NCBI GenBank assembly: GCA_041390145.1
Contig: JAWKQM010000005.1
Span: forward strand, 149,901-213,900
DNA length: 64,000 nucleotides
Direction: 5' to 3'
Source: Gemmatimonadales bacterium
GTDB taxonomy: Bacteria; Gemmatimonadota; Gemmatimonadetes; Gemmatimonadales; GWC2-71-9
Of the stretch, positions 40,086 through 53,262 are shown piece after piece. Both the position numbers and the translations under genes were made by a program. Positions within the stretch are counted from its first letter, which is position 1. Every line of letters begins with the position of its first letter. The notes beneath the pieces are model-generated. The model was not told where the DNA came from and did no database searches. It worked only from the letters and a program-made list of their open reading frames with translations.

Positions 40086-42616
40086 ATGGTTCACACCAAG
40101 CACTTCTGGCGATTCTTCCTTTCGCTGGTCGCGGTCGGCGCATTCGGCGCGCTGCCGGCGTCGGCGCAGGTCGTCACCGGCAAGCCCGGCTCACCGGGTG
40201 CGACCACCACCATCGACGGCAAGCAGCTCCCGGCTCCCCAGCCGAAGTTCGGCGGCGTCATCAAGGACGACGCGCTGCAGTCCACGCCGTGGTGGGCGCC
40301 GCGTATCGTGCCCCCGAAGGCCGCCCCGAACGTCCTGCTCATCATCACCGATGACGCCGGCTTTGCCGTGCCCAGCACCTTCGGCGGCGTGATCCCGACG
40401 CCGACGATGGACCGGATCGCCAACGAGGGGCTCCGCTACAACCGGATGTTCTCGACGGCGCTCTGCTCCCCGACCCGCGCCGCGCTGATTACCGGCCGGA
40501 ACCACCACTCGGCCGGTTTCGGGGTCATTTCCGAGCAGTCGACCGGCTACCCCGGGTACAACAGCATCATCGGCCAGGATGAGGCCACCATCGGGCGGAT
40601 CCTGCAGGACAACGGCTACGCCACCGCCTGGTTCGGGAAGGACCACAACACCCCGGCGTTCGCCGCCAGCCAGGTCGGCCCGTTCGATCAGTGGCCCACC
40701 GGCCTCGGGTTCCAGTACTTCTACGGCTTCGTCGGGGGCGACGCCAACCAGTGGGAGCCCAACCTCTTCCGGAATACGACGCAGATCTTCCCCTTCCGGG
40801 GCAAGGAGGGCACCTGGAACCTGATCACGGGCATGGCGGACGACGCCATCGACTGGATCTACCGGATGCACCAGACCGACCCGAGCAAGCCGATCTTCAT
40901 CAAGTACGCGCCCGGCGCCACCCACGCGCCGCACCACCCCACGAAGGAGTGGGTGGACAGCGTCCAGAAGCTGCACCTCTTCGACAAGGGCTACGAGGCG
41001 CTGCGCCAGCAGATCTTCGCTAACCAGAAGAAGATGGGCATCGTGCCCCAGGACGCCATCCTCACCCCGTGGCCGGACTCGGTCCTCACGCCGTGGAACA
41101 AGCTGGACCCGATGGCGAAGAAGCTCTTCATCCGGCAGGTGGAGATCTTCGCCGCCTACGCGATGTACAGCGACTACGAGATCGGCCGCGTCATCAAGGC
41201 ATTCGATGACATCGGCCGGGGCGACAACACGATGGTCATCTACATCAACGGGGACAACGGGACGAGCGCCGAGGGCGGTCCGCTCGGCACCCCGAACGAG
41301 GTGGCGTTCTTCAACGGGATGAACGAGATCCCGGTCGATGTCCAGATGAAGTGGTACGACGTCTGGGGCACCCAGGAAACCTACAACCACATGTCGGCGG
41401 GATGGTCCTGGGCGTTCGACACACCCTTCGACTGGTTCAAGCAGAACGCCTCACGGCTCGGCGGGATCAACCAGAACATGGTCATCTCCTGGCCCGGGCA
41501 CATCGCCGAGACCGGTGGAATCCGGAACCAGTTCACCCACGTGATCGACGTCGCACCGACGATCCTCGAAGCGGCCGGCATTCCTGCGCCGGACTACGTG
41601 GACGGCATCAAGCAGCGGCCGATCGAGGGCACGAGCTTCGCCTACACCTTCGCCGCCAACGCCGCGAATGCCCCTTCCCGTCACACCACGCAGTACTTCG
41701 AGATGATGGGGCAGTGGGCGCTCTGGAAGGACGGCTGGCTCCTCAGCACCAAGGTCAACCGGGTGCCGTGGGACGCCTTCTCCAAGGCCAACCCCGATCC
41801 GCTCAACAACCAGGTCTTCCAGCTCTATGACATGAGCAACGACTGGAACCAGGCGACGGACGTGGCGGCCAAGTACCCCGACAAGGTCGCCCAGATGCGG
41901 AAGGACTTCGTGGAGGAAGCCAAGAAGTACCAGGTCTTCCCGCTCGACGCCTCGGTGGCGGCCCGCATCGTGGCGCCGCGGCCGAACATCACCGCGGGTC
42001 GGACGGAGTTCGTCTATACCCATCCAATGACCGGGACGCCGCAGGGTGACTCGCCGCTCCTCCTCAACACCAGCTACACCGTGACGGCGGACATCACCGT
42101 GCCCCAGGGCGGCGCCGAGGGCATCATGCTCACCTCCGGTGGCCGGTTCGGCGGGTACGGGTTCTACCTCCTCAAGGGCAAGCCGGTCTGGGTCTGGAAC
42201 ATGGTGGACCTCGAGCGTATCAAGTGGGAAGGGCCGACGGCCCTCACGCCCGGGCGGCACACCGTCGAATTCGACTTTGTCTACGACGGCACCGGGCGCC
42301 AGCACCCTCGCGTACAACAGCTCTCGGGCGTCGAGGCGGAGTCGGGCTGCCAGCACGCTCAAGGTCGACGGCCAGGTGGTCGCCACCAAGAAGATGGAGA
42401 AGACCCTCCCCGCCCAGTCCTTCAGTGGGACGGAAGCGCTTCGAACATCGATTTCCTGTTTCCGAGACCGGCGTGGACGATGCCGACTACCACCCGCCCT
42501 TCACATTCACGGGGACGCTCGACAAGCTCACCCTCAAGCTCGACCGGCCGCAGCTCTCGCCGGCCGACATCAGAAAGATCAAGGATGCCGAGGCCAAGGC
42601 GGCGGACAACAAGTAG
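40086..42616 (+). pseudogene. Arylsulfatase (formylglycine-type, CSPTR motif) whose last ~330 bp switch among all three reading frames
   Basis: Signal peptide MVHTKHFWRFFLSLVAVGAFGALPASAQ. Active-site block LCSPTRAALITGRNHH. Family-typical C-terminal pieces are split between frames (…FDFVYDGTG / GASTLAYNS / LSGVEAESG / ASTLKVDGQVVATKKMEKTLPAQ / LQWDG / …FPVSETGVDDADYHPPFTFTGTLDKLTLKLDRPQLSPADIRKIKDAEAKAADNK*). Confidence 0.85.
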
Positions 42617-42650
42617 TCCCGCACCCGCACGCGCGGCTTCACTGAACGAC

Positions 42651-42674
42651 GGGGCAACCGGTGTCGGTTGCCCC
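42651..42674. terminator. Perfect 10-bp GC hairpin (GGGGCAACCG gtgt CGGTTGCCCC) between the convergent sulfatase and purE genes
   Basis: Read directly. There is no T-run on either side, so it could be a bidirectional stem-loop or RNA-stability element. Confidence 0.5.
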
Positions 42675-42711
42675 CGTGTACGTACGCGCGGATTCCGATT
42701 CTCTTGCCCCC

Positions 42712-42743
42712 GCTGCCCCGCTGCCCCGCTGCCCCGCTGCCCC
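42712..42743. repeat. Four perfect tandem GCTGCCCC octamers
   Basis: Read directly at 42712-42743, preceded by a degenerate copy (ttgccccc). It lies 25 nt from the purE stop codon on the opposite strand. Confidence 0.92.
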
Positions 42744-42767
42744 GCCTAGATGTGCCCTTCCCGGAGG

Positions 42768-43237
42768 TCAATCTTCTTGATCCTCCTGCTCCGCCCGGAA
42801 CTCCTTCAGCTTGGCAGCCAGCGTCTTGTCGGAGACCGCCAGCATGGCCACCGCGAAGAGCGCGGCGTTGTGGGCCCCCGCGTCGCCGATGGCGAAGGTG
42901 GCCACCGGGATACCGGCCGGCATCTGCACGGTGGCGAGGAGCGCGTCCATTCCCTGGAGGTGCCCGCCCGGCATCGGGACGCCGAGCACCGGGATGGTGG
43001 TTATGGCCGCCATCACGCCGGCCAGGTGCGCCGCCATGCCTGCGGCGGCGATGATGCACTTCAGGCCGCGCTGCTCGGCCGTGGTGGCGTATTCATGCGC
43101 CAGGGCGGGGGAGCGGTGCGCCGAAATGACCCGGCTCTCGCAGGCCACGCCGAAATGCGCCAGCCGGTTGGCGGCATGGAGCATCACCGGCCAGTCGGAG
43201 GCGCTTCCCATCACGATACCTACCAGCGGTTTCGATG

Positions 43238-43241
<4 letters not shown>
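42768..43241 (-). CDS. purE: 5-(carboxyamino)imidazole ribonucleotide mutase
   Basis: VGIVMGSASDWPVM...SAHR.P......A...G.K.IIA.AG.AAHL.G..A..T..PV.GVP are canonical PurE motifs. The start is set at MTSKPLVG. Confidence 0.93.
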
Positions 43242-45900
<2,659 letters not shown>

Positions 45901-45904
<4 letters not shown>

Positions 45905-47292
45905 GCGCGACTCGCAGTCAGGGAAGACGCGTGCTGGATCTGGACGATTGGCTCGGGGACGGTGGTCGGATAGTCGCCGGAGAAGCAGGCGTGGCAGAAG
46001 GGCCCGCCGCCGGCCGCGCCCACCATGCCCTCGAGGCTGAGGTACCCGAGGGTGTCCACGCCCAGGTATTCGCGGATCTCCTCCAGCGAATGCGTGGAGG
46101 CGATCAGCTCCTCCCGGGTGGGCGTGTCGATGCCGTAGTGGCAGGGGCCGGTGATCGGGGGCGAGGCCAGGCGAAGGTGGACTTCCTTGGCGCCGGCGGC
46201 ACGGATCATCTGGACGAGGCCGCGGCTCGTGGTGCCGCGCACCAGGCTGTCGTCGACGACAACAACCTTCTTGCCCTCAATGATGCCGCGCACGGGGTTG
46301 AACTTGATCTTCACCTTGGCCACCCGGTGCGACTGCGTCGGGTGGATGAAGGTGCGCCCGACGTAGTGATTGCGGATCAGCCCGTGCTCCAGCTTGACGC
46401 CAGATGCCTCGCTGAAGCCGAGGGCCATGGCATTGCTGCTGTCCGGCACCGAAAAGACGACGTCGGCGCCCGGGGCGGGGTGCTCCAGGGCGAGCCGCCG
46501 CCCGGCCTCGCGGCGGACGCGGTCTACCGACATGCCGAAGATGTCGCTGTCGGGACGGGCAAAATAGATCAGCTCGAAGACGCAGCGGCTGACCGGCTTG
46601 GCACGGAGCGGCTGCAGGTCCTCGATGACACCGTCGGTGATGCGCACGAACTCGCCGGGTTTCAGCTCGCGGATGAAGGTGGCGCCCACGAGGTCGAGGG
46701 CGCAGGTCTCGCTGGCGGCCACGACGCCCGTGCCGAGGCGCCCCAGCACCAGCGGCCGGAAGCCCCGCGGGTCGACCACGGCGTAGAGCGTCCGCCCGAC
46801 GCCGATCACCAGGCTGTACGCTCCCTCCACCCGGGCCAGCGCCGAACGAATCTGGAGTTCGGGATCGGGGACTTCCGACCTGGCGATCAGGTGGACGAGC
46901 ACTTCGGTGTCGCTCGACGAGGTGAAGATCGATCCGCGCTCGACGAGGGTCTTCTTGATCTCTGCCGCGTTGGTCAGGTTGCCGTTGTGCGCCAGGCAGA
47001 GGGAGCCGATGCGATAGTTGACCAGGCAGGGCTGGGCGTTGGCGAGGTTGGTGCTGCCGGTCGTGGAGTACCGGGTGTGCCCGACGGCCACGTCACCGGG
47101 GAGCTGTTCGAGTTCGGCTTCGCCGAACGTCTCGGAGACGAGCCCCATCCCCACCTTCACGCGGGACTCGCCGTCCGGCGTGATGGCAACGATGCCTGCG
47201 CTCTCCTGGCCGCGATGCTGCAGGGCGTAGAGCCCGAGGTAGGCCACGCGGGCCGCATCGGGAACACCGGACACTCCCATGATTCCGCACAT
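45901..47292 (-). CDS. purF: Amidophosphoribosyltransferase
   Basis: N-terminal MCGI(MG) nucleophile Cys, YALQHRGQESAGI, HTRYSTTG, the PRTase loop VVVVDDSLVRGTT, and a C-terminal Cys cluster. Confidence 0.95.
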
Positions 47293-47295
47293 GAC

Positions 47296-49599
47296 TCAGC
47301 CCTCCGCTCGGTCGCTGACGACCTCGCGCATCCGGCGTGGGATCGCGTCATCGTACACAGCACGGAGCCGGTCGATCGGCCACCGGTGAACACTGTCGGG
47401 CAGGACGATCGAAAGCTCGCCGCCAGGCGCGAGGACCTCGCCGGCCAGATAGCCCTGCAGCCCGTGCCGGGTCAGGAGCGCCCGGAGACCGGGCAGCGCG
47501 GACGGCGCGACACTCAGCACCACACGGCCGTGATCCTCGCCGTACAGCGCCTGCACGGCGGTCAGGGCAGGGGCGTAGGTGCGAAGGTCGGCGATGGCGC
47601 CGAAGCCCCGGTCGGCGTAGGGGCCGCCGATGGCTGCCTCCGCCAATGCAACTGCCAGGCCGCCCTCAGAACAGTCGTGCGCCGAGCGCAGGAGCCGCGC
47701 GGCGGCGGCCGCCACGAGGAACTGTTGCAGCCGCGCCTCGTGATCGAGGTCCACCGTCGGGCCGGCCCCGCCGAAGAAGTCGCAGAGTTCCGCCCAGTAG
47801 GCGGAGCCGCCCAGGGCCCCCGTACTGCCGCCGACGATCACGATCCGGTCGCCAGTGGCGCGGAAATGACTGGGGACGCGGTCCTCGGCGCGGCGGAGCA
47901 GTCCCACCATCCCGACGGTCGGGGTCGGGTCGACCGCCCCGGTGGGGCTCTCATTGTAGAACGAGACGTTCCCGCCGGTGACCGGCGTGCCGAAGGCCCG
48001 GCAGGCGTCGGAGATCCCGCGGCACGCCTCGGTGAACTGGAAGAACACCTCCGGCTTCTCGGGGTTGCCGAAGTTCAGGCAGTCGGTAATGCCGAGCGGC
48101 TCGGCGCCGGTGCACGCCACGTTGCGCGCCGCCTCCGCGACCGTCGCCTTGCCCCCTTCGTACGGGTCCAGCGCCACCAGCCGATTGTTGCAGTCGACGC
48201 TCACCGCCATCGCGAACGGCTCCGTCGCCACCCGGAACACGCCGGCATCGCCGCCCGGTCCGAGCATGGTCGAGGCTTGCACCGTCGAGTCATACTGCTC
48301 ATAGACCCAGCGCTTGCTGGCGATGGACGGGGTGTCCAGCAGGAATTCGAGTGACTCCCCGACGCCGACGCGGGGCGTCCTGGTCGGCCGTGCCTTGCGG
48401 CGCGCGGCGGCCGCGGGGGCTTCCCGCGCCGCCGGCGAATAGACCGGGCAGTCGTCGACCAGCGGTTGGCCGGGAATTTCGGCGACCGTCAGGCCGTTGT
48501 GCTTGACGCGGAAGAGCCCGTCGGCCGTGACCCGGCCGATGTCCGTCGCCTCCAGCTCCCACTTCCGGCAGACGGCCTGGATGGCGGCGACCTGGTGCGG
48601 CTCGGCCACGACGAGCATCCGCTCCTGTGATTCCGAGAGCAGGATTTCGTACGGCGTCATCCCCGGCTCACGGGTCGGCACCAGCCCGGTGTCGATTTCG
48701 ACGCCGACCCCGCCACGGGCCGCCATTTCCGCGCTCGAACTGGTGAGTCCCGCCGCGCCCATGTCCTGGATGGCGACAATCAGCTTGGAGGTGATCAGCT
48801 CAAGGCTCGCCTCGAGCAGCAGCTTCTCGGTGAAGGGGTCGCCGACCTGCACCTGCGGCCGCCTCGCCTCGCTCTTTTCGGAGAGCTCTTCCGAGGCGAA
48901 GCTGGCCCCGTGGATACCGTCGCGGCCCGTCTTGGCGCCGACGTTGAGGAGCACGTTGCCCACGCCGTGCGCGCGGGCGGTGGCGAGGTCCGCCTCCCGC
49001 AGGATGCCGACGCACATCGCGTTGACCAGCGGGTTGCCGGAGTAGCCGGGGGCGAAGCCGACTTCGCCGCCGAGGGTGGGCACGCCGATGCAGTTGCCGT
49101 AGTCGCCGACGCCGCGCACCACGCCGGCAAAGAGGTACCGGTTCCTCGGCTCGGTGAGCGGGCCGAAGCGGAGGCTGTTCAGCACGGCGACCGGGCGCGC
49201 GCCCATGGTGAACACGTCGCGGAGGATGCCGCCGACGCCGGTCGCGGCGCCCTGGTACGGCTCCACCGCGGAGGGGTGATTGTGGGACTCGATCTTGAAG
49301 GCGACTGCCCAGCCGTTCGGCAGCCGCAGCACGCCGGCGTTCTCCCCCGGGCCCTGCACGACCTGCGGCCCGCTGGTCGGGAACCGCTTCAGCACCGGCT
49401 TGGAGTGCTTGTACGAGCAGTGTTCGGACCAGAGCGCGGAGAAGATCCCGAGCTCTGTCAGCGTCGGCGTCCGGCCCAGCATCGCGACGATGCGGTCGAA
49501 CTCCGAGGCGGTGAGGTTGTGCTCGCGCACGACCTCCAGGGTCACCACCCGCTCTCCGGGAAAGGAGGCGGCCCGGGTGGCGGGTACGGCTGTGGTCAT
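47296..49599 (-). CDS. purL: Phosphoribosylformylglycinamidine synthase subunit PurL (FGAM synthase II)
   Basis: 767 aa. [36 protein letters not shown] and DCLNFGNPE. Confidence 0.95.
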   Translation of the reverse strand: MTTAVPATRAASFPGERVVTLEVVREHNLTASEFDRIVAMLGRTPTLTELGIFSALWSEHCSYKHSKPVLKRFPTSGPQVVQGPGENAGVLRLPNGWAVAFKIESHNHPSAVEPYQGAATGVGGILRDVFTMGARPVAVLNSLRFGPLTEPRNRYLFAGVVRGVGDYGNCIGVPTLGGEVGFAPGYSGNPLVNAMCVGILREADLATARAHGVGNVLLNVGAKTGRDGIHGASFASEELSEKSEARRPQVQVGDPFTEKLLLEASLELITSKLIVAIQDMGAAGLTSSSAEMAARGGVGVEIDTGLVPTREPGMTPYEILLSESQERMLVVAEPHQVAAIQAVCRKWELEATDIGRVTADGLFRVKHNGLTVAEIPGQPLVDDCPVYSPAAREAPAAAARRKARPTRTPRVGVGESLEFLLDTPSIASKRWVYEQYDSTVQASTMLGPGGDAGVFRVATEPFAMAVSVDCNNRLVALDPYEGGKATVAEAARNVACTGAEPLGITDCLNFGNPEKPEVFFQFTEACRGISDACRAFGTPVTGGNVSFYNESPTGAVDPTPTVGMVGLLRRAEDRVPSHFRATGDRIVIVGGSTGALGGSAYWAELCDFFGGAGPTVDLDHEARLQQFLVAAAAARLLRSAHDCSEGGLAVALAEAAIGGPYADRGFGAIADLRTYAPALTAVQALYGEDHGRVVLSVAPSALPGLRALLTRHGLQGYLAGEVLAPGGELSIVLPDSVHRWPIDRLRAVYDDAIPRRMREVVSDRAEG

Positions 49600-49925
49600 T
49601 TCGTCTCCGAGCGGGGGGCGCGCAGGACTTTCGAGATGTCGCGGACCACCCGACCGAGCAGCGTCGGGTCGTCCTTCGCCACGATGGCGGCGATTTCATC
49701 GGCGTCGAGGAAGATGCCCTGGCAATGGACGCAGCGATCCACGGTCACGCCATGAAACTCCTCGTGCACCAGGTCGTGCCCGTCCTTCGGGCACTTCATG
49801 AAGTGGAGCTGTCGTGCCGCCTCCTCGGCGGCCGCCTTGGCGCGCTCACGCTGGGCCTTGAGCAGCTCCGCCTCCTCCTTCGCGAAGTACTCGTCCTCGC
49901 TCTTGCTCGGCTTCTGTGGGCTCAT
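49596..49925 (-). CDS. Small Zn-ribbon protein (zf-TFIIB-like: C-x4-H ... C-x2-C) with a charged coiled N-terminus
   Basis: GGAG lies 9 nt upstream of ATG 49925. [10 protein letters not shown]....[19 protein letters not shown] resembles the bacterial 'TFIIB-type zinc ribbon' domain. The stop overlaps the purL start. Confidence 0.6.
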   Translation of the reverse strand: MSPQKPSKSEDEYFAKEEAELLKAQRERAKAAAEEAARQLHFMKCPKDGHDLVHEEFHGVTVDRCVHCQGIFLDADEIAAIVAKDDPTLLGRVVRDISKVLRAPRSETK

Positions 49926-49939
49926 GCTGATGGACTCCG

Positions 49940-50632
49940 TCAGGGGGTGGATCGGGCGGCCCGGCCAGGAAGCCATTCCGCGATGGACGTGAAGAACCCG
50001 GCGCCGACGTCGCTGCCGGTCAGCGGGTCGGCATAGCGCTCGGGATGCGGCATGAAGCCGACGACGGTGCCGGCCGCGTTCGAGACTCCGGCGATGTCGG
50101 CCACCGAGCCGTTGGGGTTCTCGCCACGGATGTAGCGCAACACCACTCGGCCCTCGGCTTCCAGCATTCGGAGGGTGTCGTCGTCCGCCACGTAGCAGCC
50201 ATCGCCGTGCGCCACCGGAATCCGGATCTCCGTGCCCCGGGCGTACGCGCTGGTGCAGAAGGTGTCGGTGCGTTCGACGCGAACCCAGACCGGTCGGGAG
50301 ACAAAGGTGAGCCGGTCGTTCTTGACCAGCGCGCCCGGGAGCAGCTGGGCCTCGCAGAGAATCTGGAACCCGTTGCAGATCCCCAGCACCGCGCCGCCAC
50401 CCGCCGCGTGCCGCTGCACCGCCTGCATCACCGGGCTGAACCGCGCGATGGCGCCGGAGCGGAGGTAGTCGCCATAGCTGAACCCGCCGGGGAGGATCAC
50501 GACATCGGCCTGCTGCAGGTCAGTGTCGCGATGCCAGACGAACCGCGCCTCCGCGCCGGCGTTCGCCACCGCGTGATAGGCGTCCCAGTCACAGTTGCTG
50601 CCCGGGAACCGCACGACCGCGACGCGAAGCAT
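49940..50632 (-). CDS. purQ: Phosphoribosylformylglycinamidine synthase, glutaminase subunit PurQ
   Basis: MLRVAVVRFPGSNCD.D...ILPGGFSYGDYLR.GA...GICNGFQ...HGDG. The ATG overlaps the purS stop (TGATG). Confidence 0.93.
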   Translation of the reverse strand: MLRVAVVRFPGSNCDWDAYHAVANAGAEARFVWHRDTDLQQADVVILPGGFSYGDYLRSGAIARFSPVMQAVQRHAAGGGAVLGICNGFQILCEAQLLPGALVKNDRLTFVSRPVWVRVERTDTFCTSAYARGTEIRIPVAHGDGCYVADDDTLRMLEAEGRVVLRYIRGENPNGSVADIAGVSNAAGTVVGFMPHPERYADPLTGSDVGAGFFTSIAEWLPGRAARSTP

Positions 50633-50880
50633 CAGTCCTCCACGGCCAGGCTGAAGTCTTCGGTCACCGGGTTGGCCAGGAGCTTTTCGCACATCTGCCG
50701 GGCCGACGCTTCCGCGGCCTCGGGGCTCGCGGCGTCGATGGCCAGCTCGATGGCCCGCCCGATGCGGACGTCACCGGCGCCGGAGAATCCCAGCGCCGCC
50801 AGCGCATGTTCCACGGCCTGGCCCTGCGGATCGAGCAGGCCCGCCCGGGGAACCACACGGATATGCACGCGATAGGTCAT
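50632..50880 (-). CDS. purS: Phosphoribosylformylglycinamidine synthase subunit PurS
   Basis: 82 aa, V.V..K.G.LDPQG.AV..AL..LGF......R.G. Located between pssA and purQ. Confidence 0.88.
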   Translation of the reverse strand: MTYRVHIRVVPRAGLLDPQGQAVEHALAALGFSGAGDVRIGRAIELAIDAASPEAAEASARQMCEKLLANPVTEDFSLAVED

Positions 50881-51725
50881 GGGGTCGAGTCCTCGTCGTG
50901 GTCGTGCCCGGGAAGCGGGCGCAGGTGCAGGGTCTGGGCGTCGGCGGTGTCTTCGGCACGGTCGGAGAGAGCGATGAGCGCGCTGCGCGTGATGCCGAAG
51001 AGGAGATAGCCGATGCCGAAGGGGAAGAGGAAGGTGGAGGGCGCAAAGATGAGCCCGGCCAGGATGCCGACCGTCACCAGCGTCCCGAGGATCCCGCTCA
51101 GGGAGCGGAAGCCGATCCGCGGTGTGCGCGGATACTTCACGTTGCTCAGCATCATCGCCGACAGCGCGAGCATCAGGAAGGTGAGCCCCTGCCGCTGCAG
51201 GTCGAGGTATTCCGGGAACTTCTGGTACCACTGCGTCTGGCTGAAGGCGTAGTACGTGGCGAGCGTCATGCCGGCCGCCGGCGACGGCAGGCCGCTGAAC
51301 CAGCCCGGATTCTCGGAGCCGGCCGCCGTGATGTTGTACCGGGCCAGCCGCACCGCGACCGCCGCCACGTAGATGAAGCACAGCACCCAGGCGAATTTCC
51401 CCGCCTCGGCAAACTCGAGGAAGTACATCAGCAGGGCTGGCGCCACACCGAACGAGATCACGTCCACCAGCGAGTCGAGTTCGGCGCCGAAGCGGGTGCC
51501 GGTATGGGACATCCGGGCCATCCGGCCGTCGAGCACGTCGGCGACGCCGGCGAACACGATGAACCATCCCGCCCACTTGAAATTCCCCTGGGCGGCGGAC
51601 ACCATGGCCCAGATCCCGAAGAACAGGTTGCTGAGCGTGAACGCGCTGGGAATCACGATGATGGCCCGCCGGATGCCCGGGCGGCGCGGTCGCTGTCCGC
51701 CGGTGTCGTGCGCGCTCATGACCAC
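50877..51725 (-). CDS. pssA: CDP-diacylglycerol--serine O-phosphatidyltransferase
   Basis: The CDP-alcohol phosphatidyltransferase motif DVLDGRMAR....T.FG.ELDSL.D plus multiple TM segments. Confidence 0.88.
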   Translation of the reverse strand: MVMSAHDTGGQRPRRPGIRRAIIVIPSAFTLSNLFFGIWAMVSAAQGNFKWAGWFIVFAGVADVLDGRMARMSHTGTRFGAELDSLVDVISFGVAPALLMYFLEFAEAGKFAWVLCFIYVAAVAVRLARYNITAAGSENPGWFSGLPSPAAGMTLATYYAFSQTQWYQKFPEYLDLQRQGLTFLMLALSAMMLSNVKYPRTPRIGFRSLSGILGTLVTVGILAGLIFAPSTFLFPFGIGYLLFGITRSALIALSDRAEDTADAQTLHLRPLPGHDHDEDSTP

Positions 51726-52342
51726 TCCCCGATGATGGAGACGCCAGCCACGGTCCGCTCCCCCTCCGCCACCTTCACGGTCACGCCCTTCGGCAGGAAG
51801 ACATCCACCCGGGACCCGAAGCGGATCAGCCCCATCCGCTCGCCCTGACGGACCGCCGTGCCCTCGCCGTGGTCGGTGATGATCCGCCGCGCGATCAGCC
51901 CGGCAATCTGCCGCACGAGCACCTTCCCGTGCGTCGCGACGATCCCCACCGACGACTGTTCGTTCTCCAGCGATGCCTTCTCGGCGGCGGCGTTCACGAA
52001 GGCGCCGGGCGAGTACTTGCGATAGGCGATGGTGCCGTCCACCGGATACCGGTTCACATGGACGTTGAACACGTTCATGAAAATCGAGACGCGCTGCACC
52101 TCGCCGCCATGGAAGTCGGGCTCGTCAATGCTTCGGACGCTCACCACGAGGCCGTCGGCAGGGGCGATGACCAGCCGCTCGCCCCGCGGACCGTTCCGGA
52201 CCGGATCCCGGAAGAAGGCGATCACCCAGATCGCCACCGGGAGCCAGATGATCGCGGCGGTGCTGTAGCCGAAGAGCACGAGGCTGAGCTCCATGAGCCA
52301 GAACGCCCCGATGAACGGCCAGCCTTCGCGGGCGATCCGCAT
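51716..52342 (-). CDS. psd: Phosphatidylserine decarboxylase proenzyme (short type)
   Basis: APADG.V....I....F.....RVSIFM.VF.VHVNR.P..G and the self-cleavage site FGSRVD near the C-terminus. Confidence 0.88.
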   Translation of the reverse strand: MRIAREGWPFIGAFWLMELSLVLFGYSTAAIIWLPVAIWVIAFFRDPVRNGPRGERLVIAPADGLVVSVRSIDEPDFHGGEVQRVSIFMNVFNVHVNRYPVDGTIAYRKYSPGAFVNAAAEKASLENEQSSVGIVATHGKVLVRQIAGLIARRIITDHGEGTAVRQGERMGLIRFGSRVDVFLPKGVTVKVAEGERTVAGVSIIGEWS

Positions 52343-53262
52343 CAGCCATCCTCGGGCAGCGGGTGCCCGGTCAGGCGCTGGTAGGCGTCCACATACCGCG
52401 CGCTCGTCGTATCGAGGACCTCCTGCGGCAGCGTGGGCGGCGGCGCTTCGCCATTCCAGCTTCCCTTCGCCTTCAGCGCCGCGAGGTAGTCACGGAGCGG
52501 CTGCTTGTCGAAGCTCGGCTGCCCACGCCCCGGTTCGTAGCGGTCGGCGGGCCAGAACCGCGAGGAATCCGGCGTGAGGACCTCGTCAATGAGCCGGAGG
52601 GTGCCGTCCGCGTCCCGCCCAAACTCAAACTTCGTGTCGGCGATGATGATCCCCCGTGCGGCGGCGTGCGCCCGTCCCGCCTCGTAGATGCGGAAGCTGG
52701 CCTCGCGCAGCGCCGCGGCCTCCGCCTTGCCGAGGGCGCTCGCCATCGTGTCGAACGTCACGTTCTCGTCGTGACCGCTTTCCGCCTTGGTGGCGGGGCT
52801 GAAGATCGGCGGGTCGAGCCGGGCGCTCTCCACGAGGCCCGGCGTCAGCGGCTCGCCGGCCAGGGTGCCCTGCTTCTTGTACTCCGCCCATGCGGAGCCG
52901 GTGATGTAGCCGCGCACGACGCACTCGAACGGGACCGGCAGCGTGCGCCGCACCAGCATGGTGCGGCCCCGGATGGCGCTGCGGTGCGGCGCCAGGTCGG
53001 GGTAACGGTCGATGATCTCGTTGGTGCTGGCGGTGATGAAATGCGACGGGAAGACGTCGGCCAGCTTCCCGAACCAGAACGCGCTGACCTGGGTCAGGAC
53101 CCGGCCCTTCTCGGCAATCGGCTCGTTCATCACCACGTCGAACGCGCTGATCCGGTCGCTCGCGACCAGGAGGAGCTGGTCGGGGCTGGCCTCGTACACC
53201 TCACGCACCTTGCCCGCGCGGAGGAGGGGCAGGGGGAGCTGGCTCCGGAACATGACGGTCAT
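52342..53262 (-). CDS. purC: Phosphoribosylaminoimidazole-succinocarboxamide synthase
   Basis: L..GKVREVY......LL.V.SDRISAFD...I..KG..L......WF...IIADTKFEFG...L.DE..TPDSSRFW. Confidence 0.94.
   Translation of the reverse strand: MTVMFRSQLPLPLLRAGKVREVYEASPDQLLLVASDRISAFDVVMNEPIAEKGRVLTQVSAFWFGKLADVFPSHFITASTNEIIDRYPDLAPHRSAIRGRTMLVRRTLPVPFECVVRGYITGSAWAEYKKQGTLAGEPLTPGLVESARLDPPIFSPATKAESGHDENVTFDTMASALGKAEAAALREASFRIYEAGRAHAAARGIIIADTKFEFGRDADGTLRLIDEVLTPDSSRFWPADRYEPGRGQPSFDKQPLRDYLAALKAKGSWNGEAPPPTLPQEVLDTTSARYVDAYQRLTGHPLPEDG

Noticed and set aside
39882-42749. 955-aa ORF-track version of the sulfatase gene
   Set aside because: The 5' extension lacks a signal peptide and RBS, so the real start is ATG 40086. 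The 3' end in that frame is Arg/Pro/Ser-rich nonsense that reads through the hairpin and the GCTGCCCC repeat. The homologous C-terminus ends at 42616 in another frame.
39845-42750. Genomic island integrated at the tmRNA 3' end
   Set aside because: There is no integrase, excisionase or phage genes, and I could not find a direct repeat of the ssrA 3' end. Only one (damaged) sulfatase gene lies between ssrA and the conserved pur operon.
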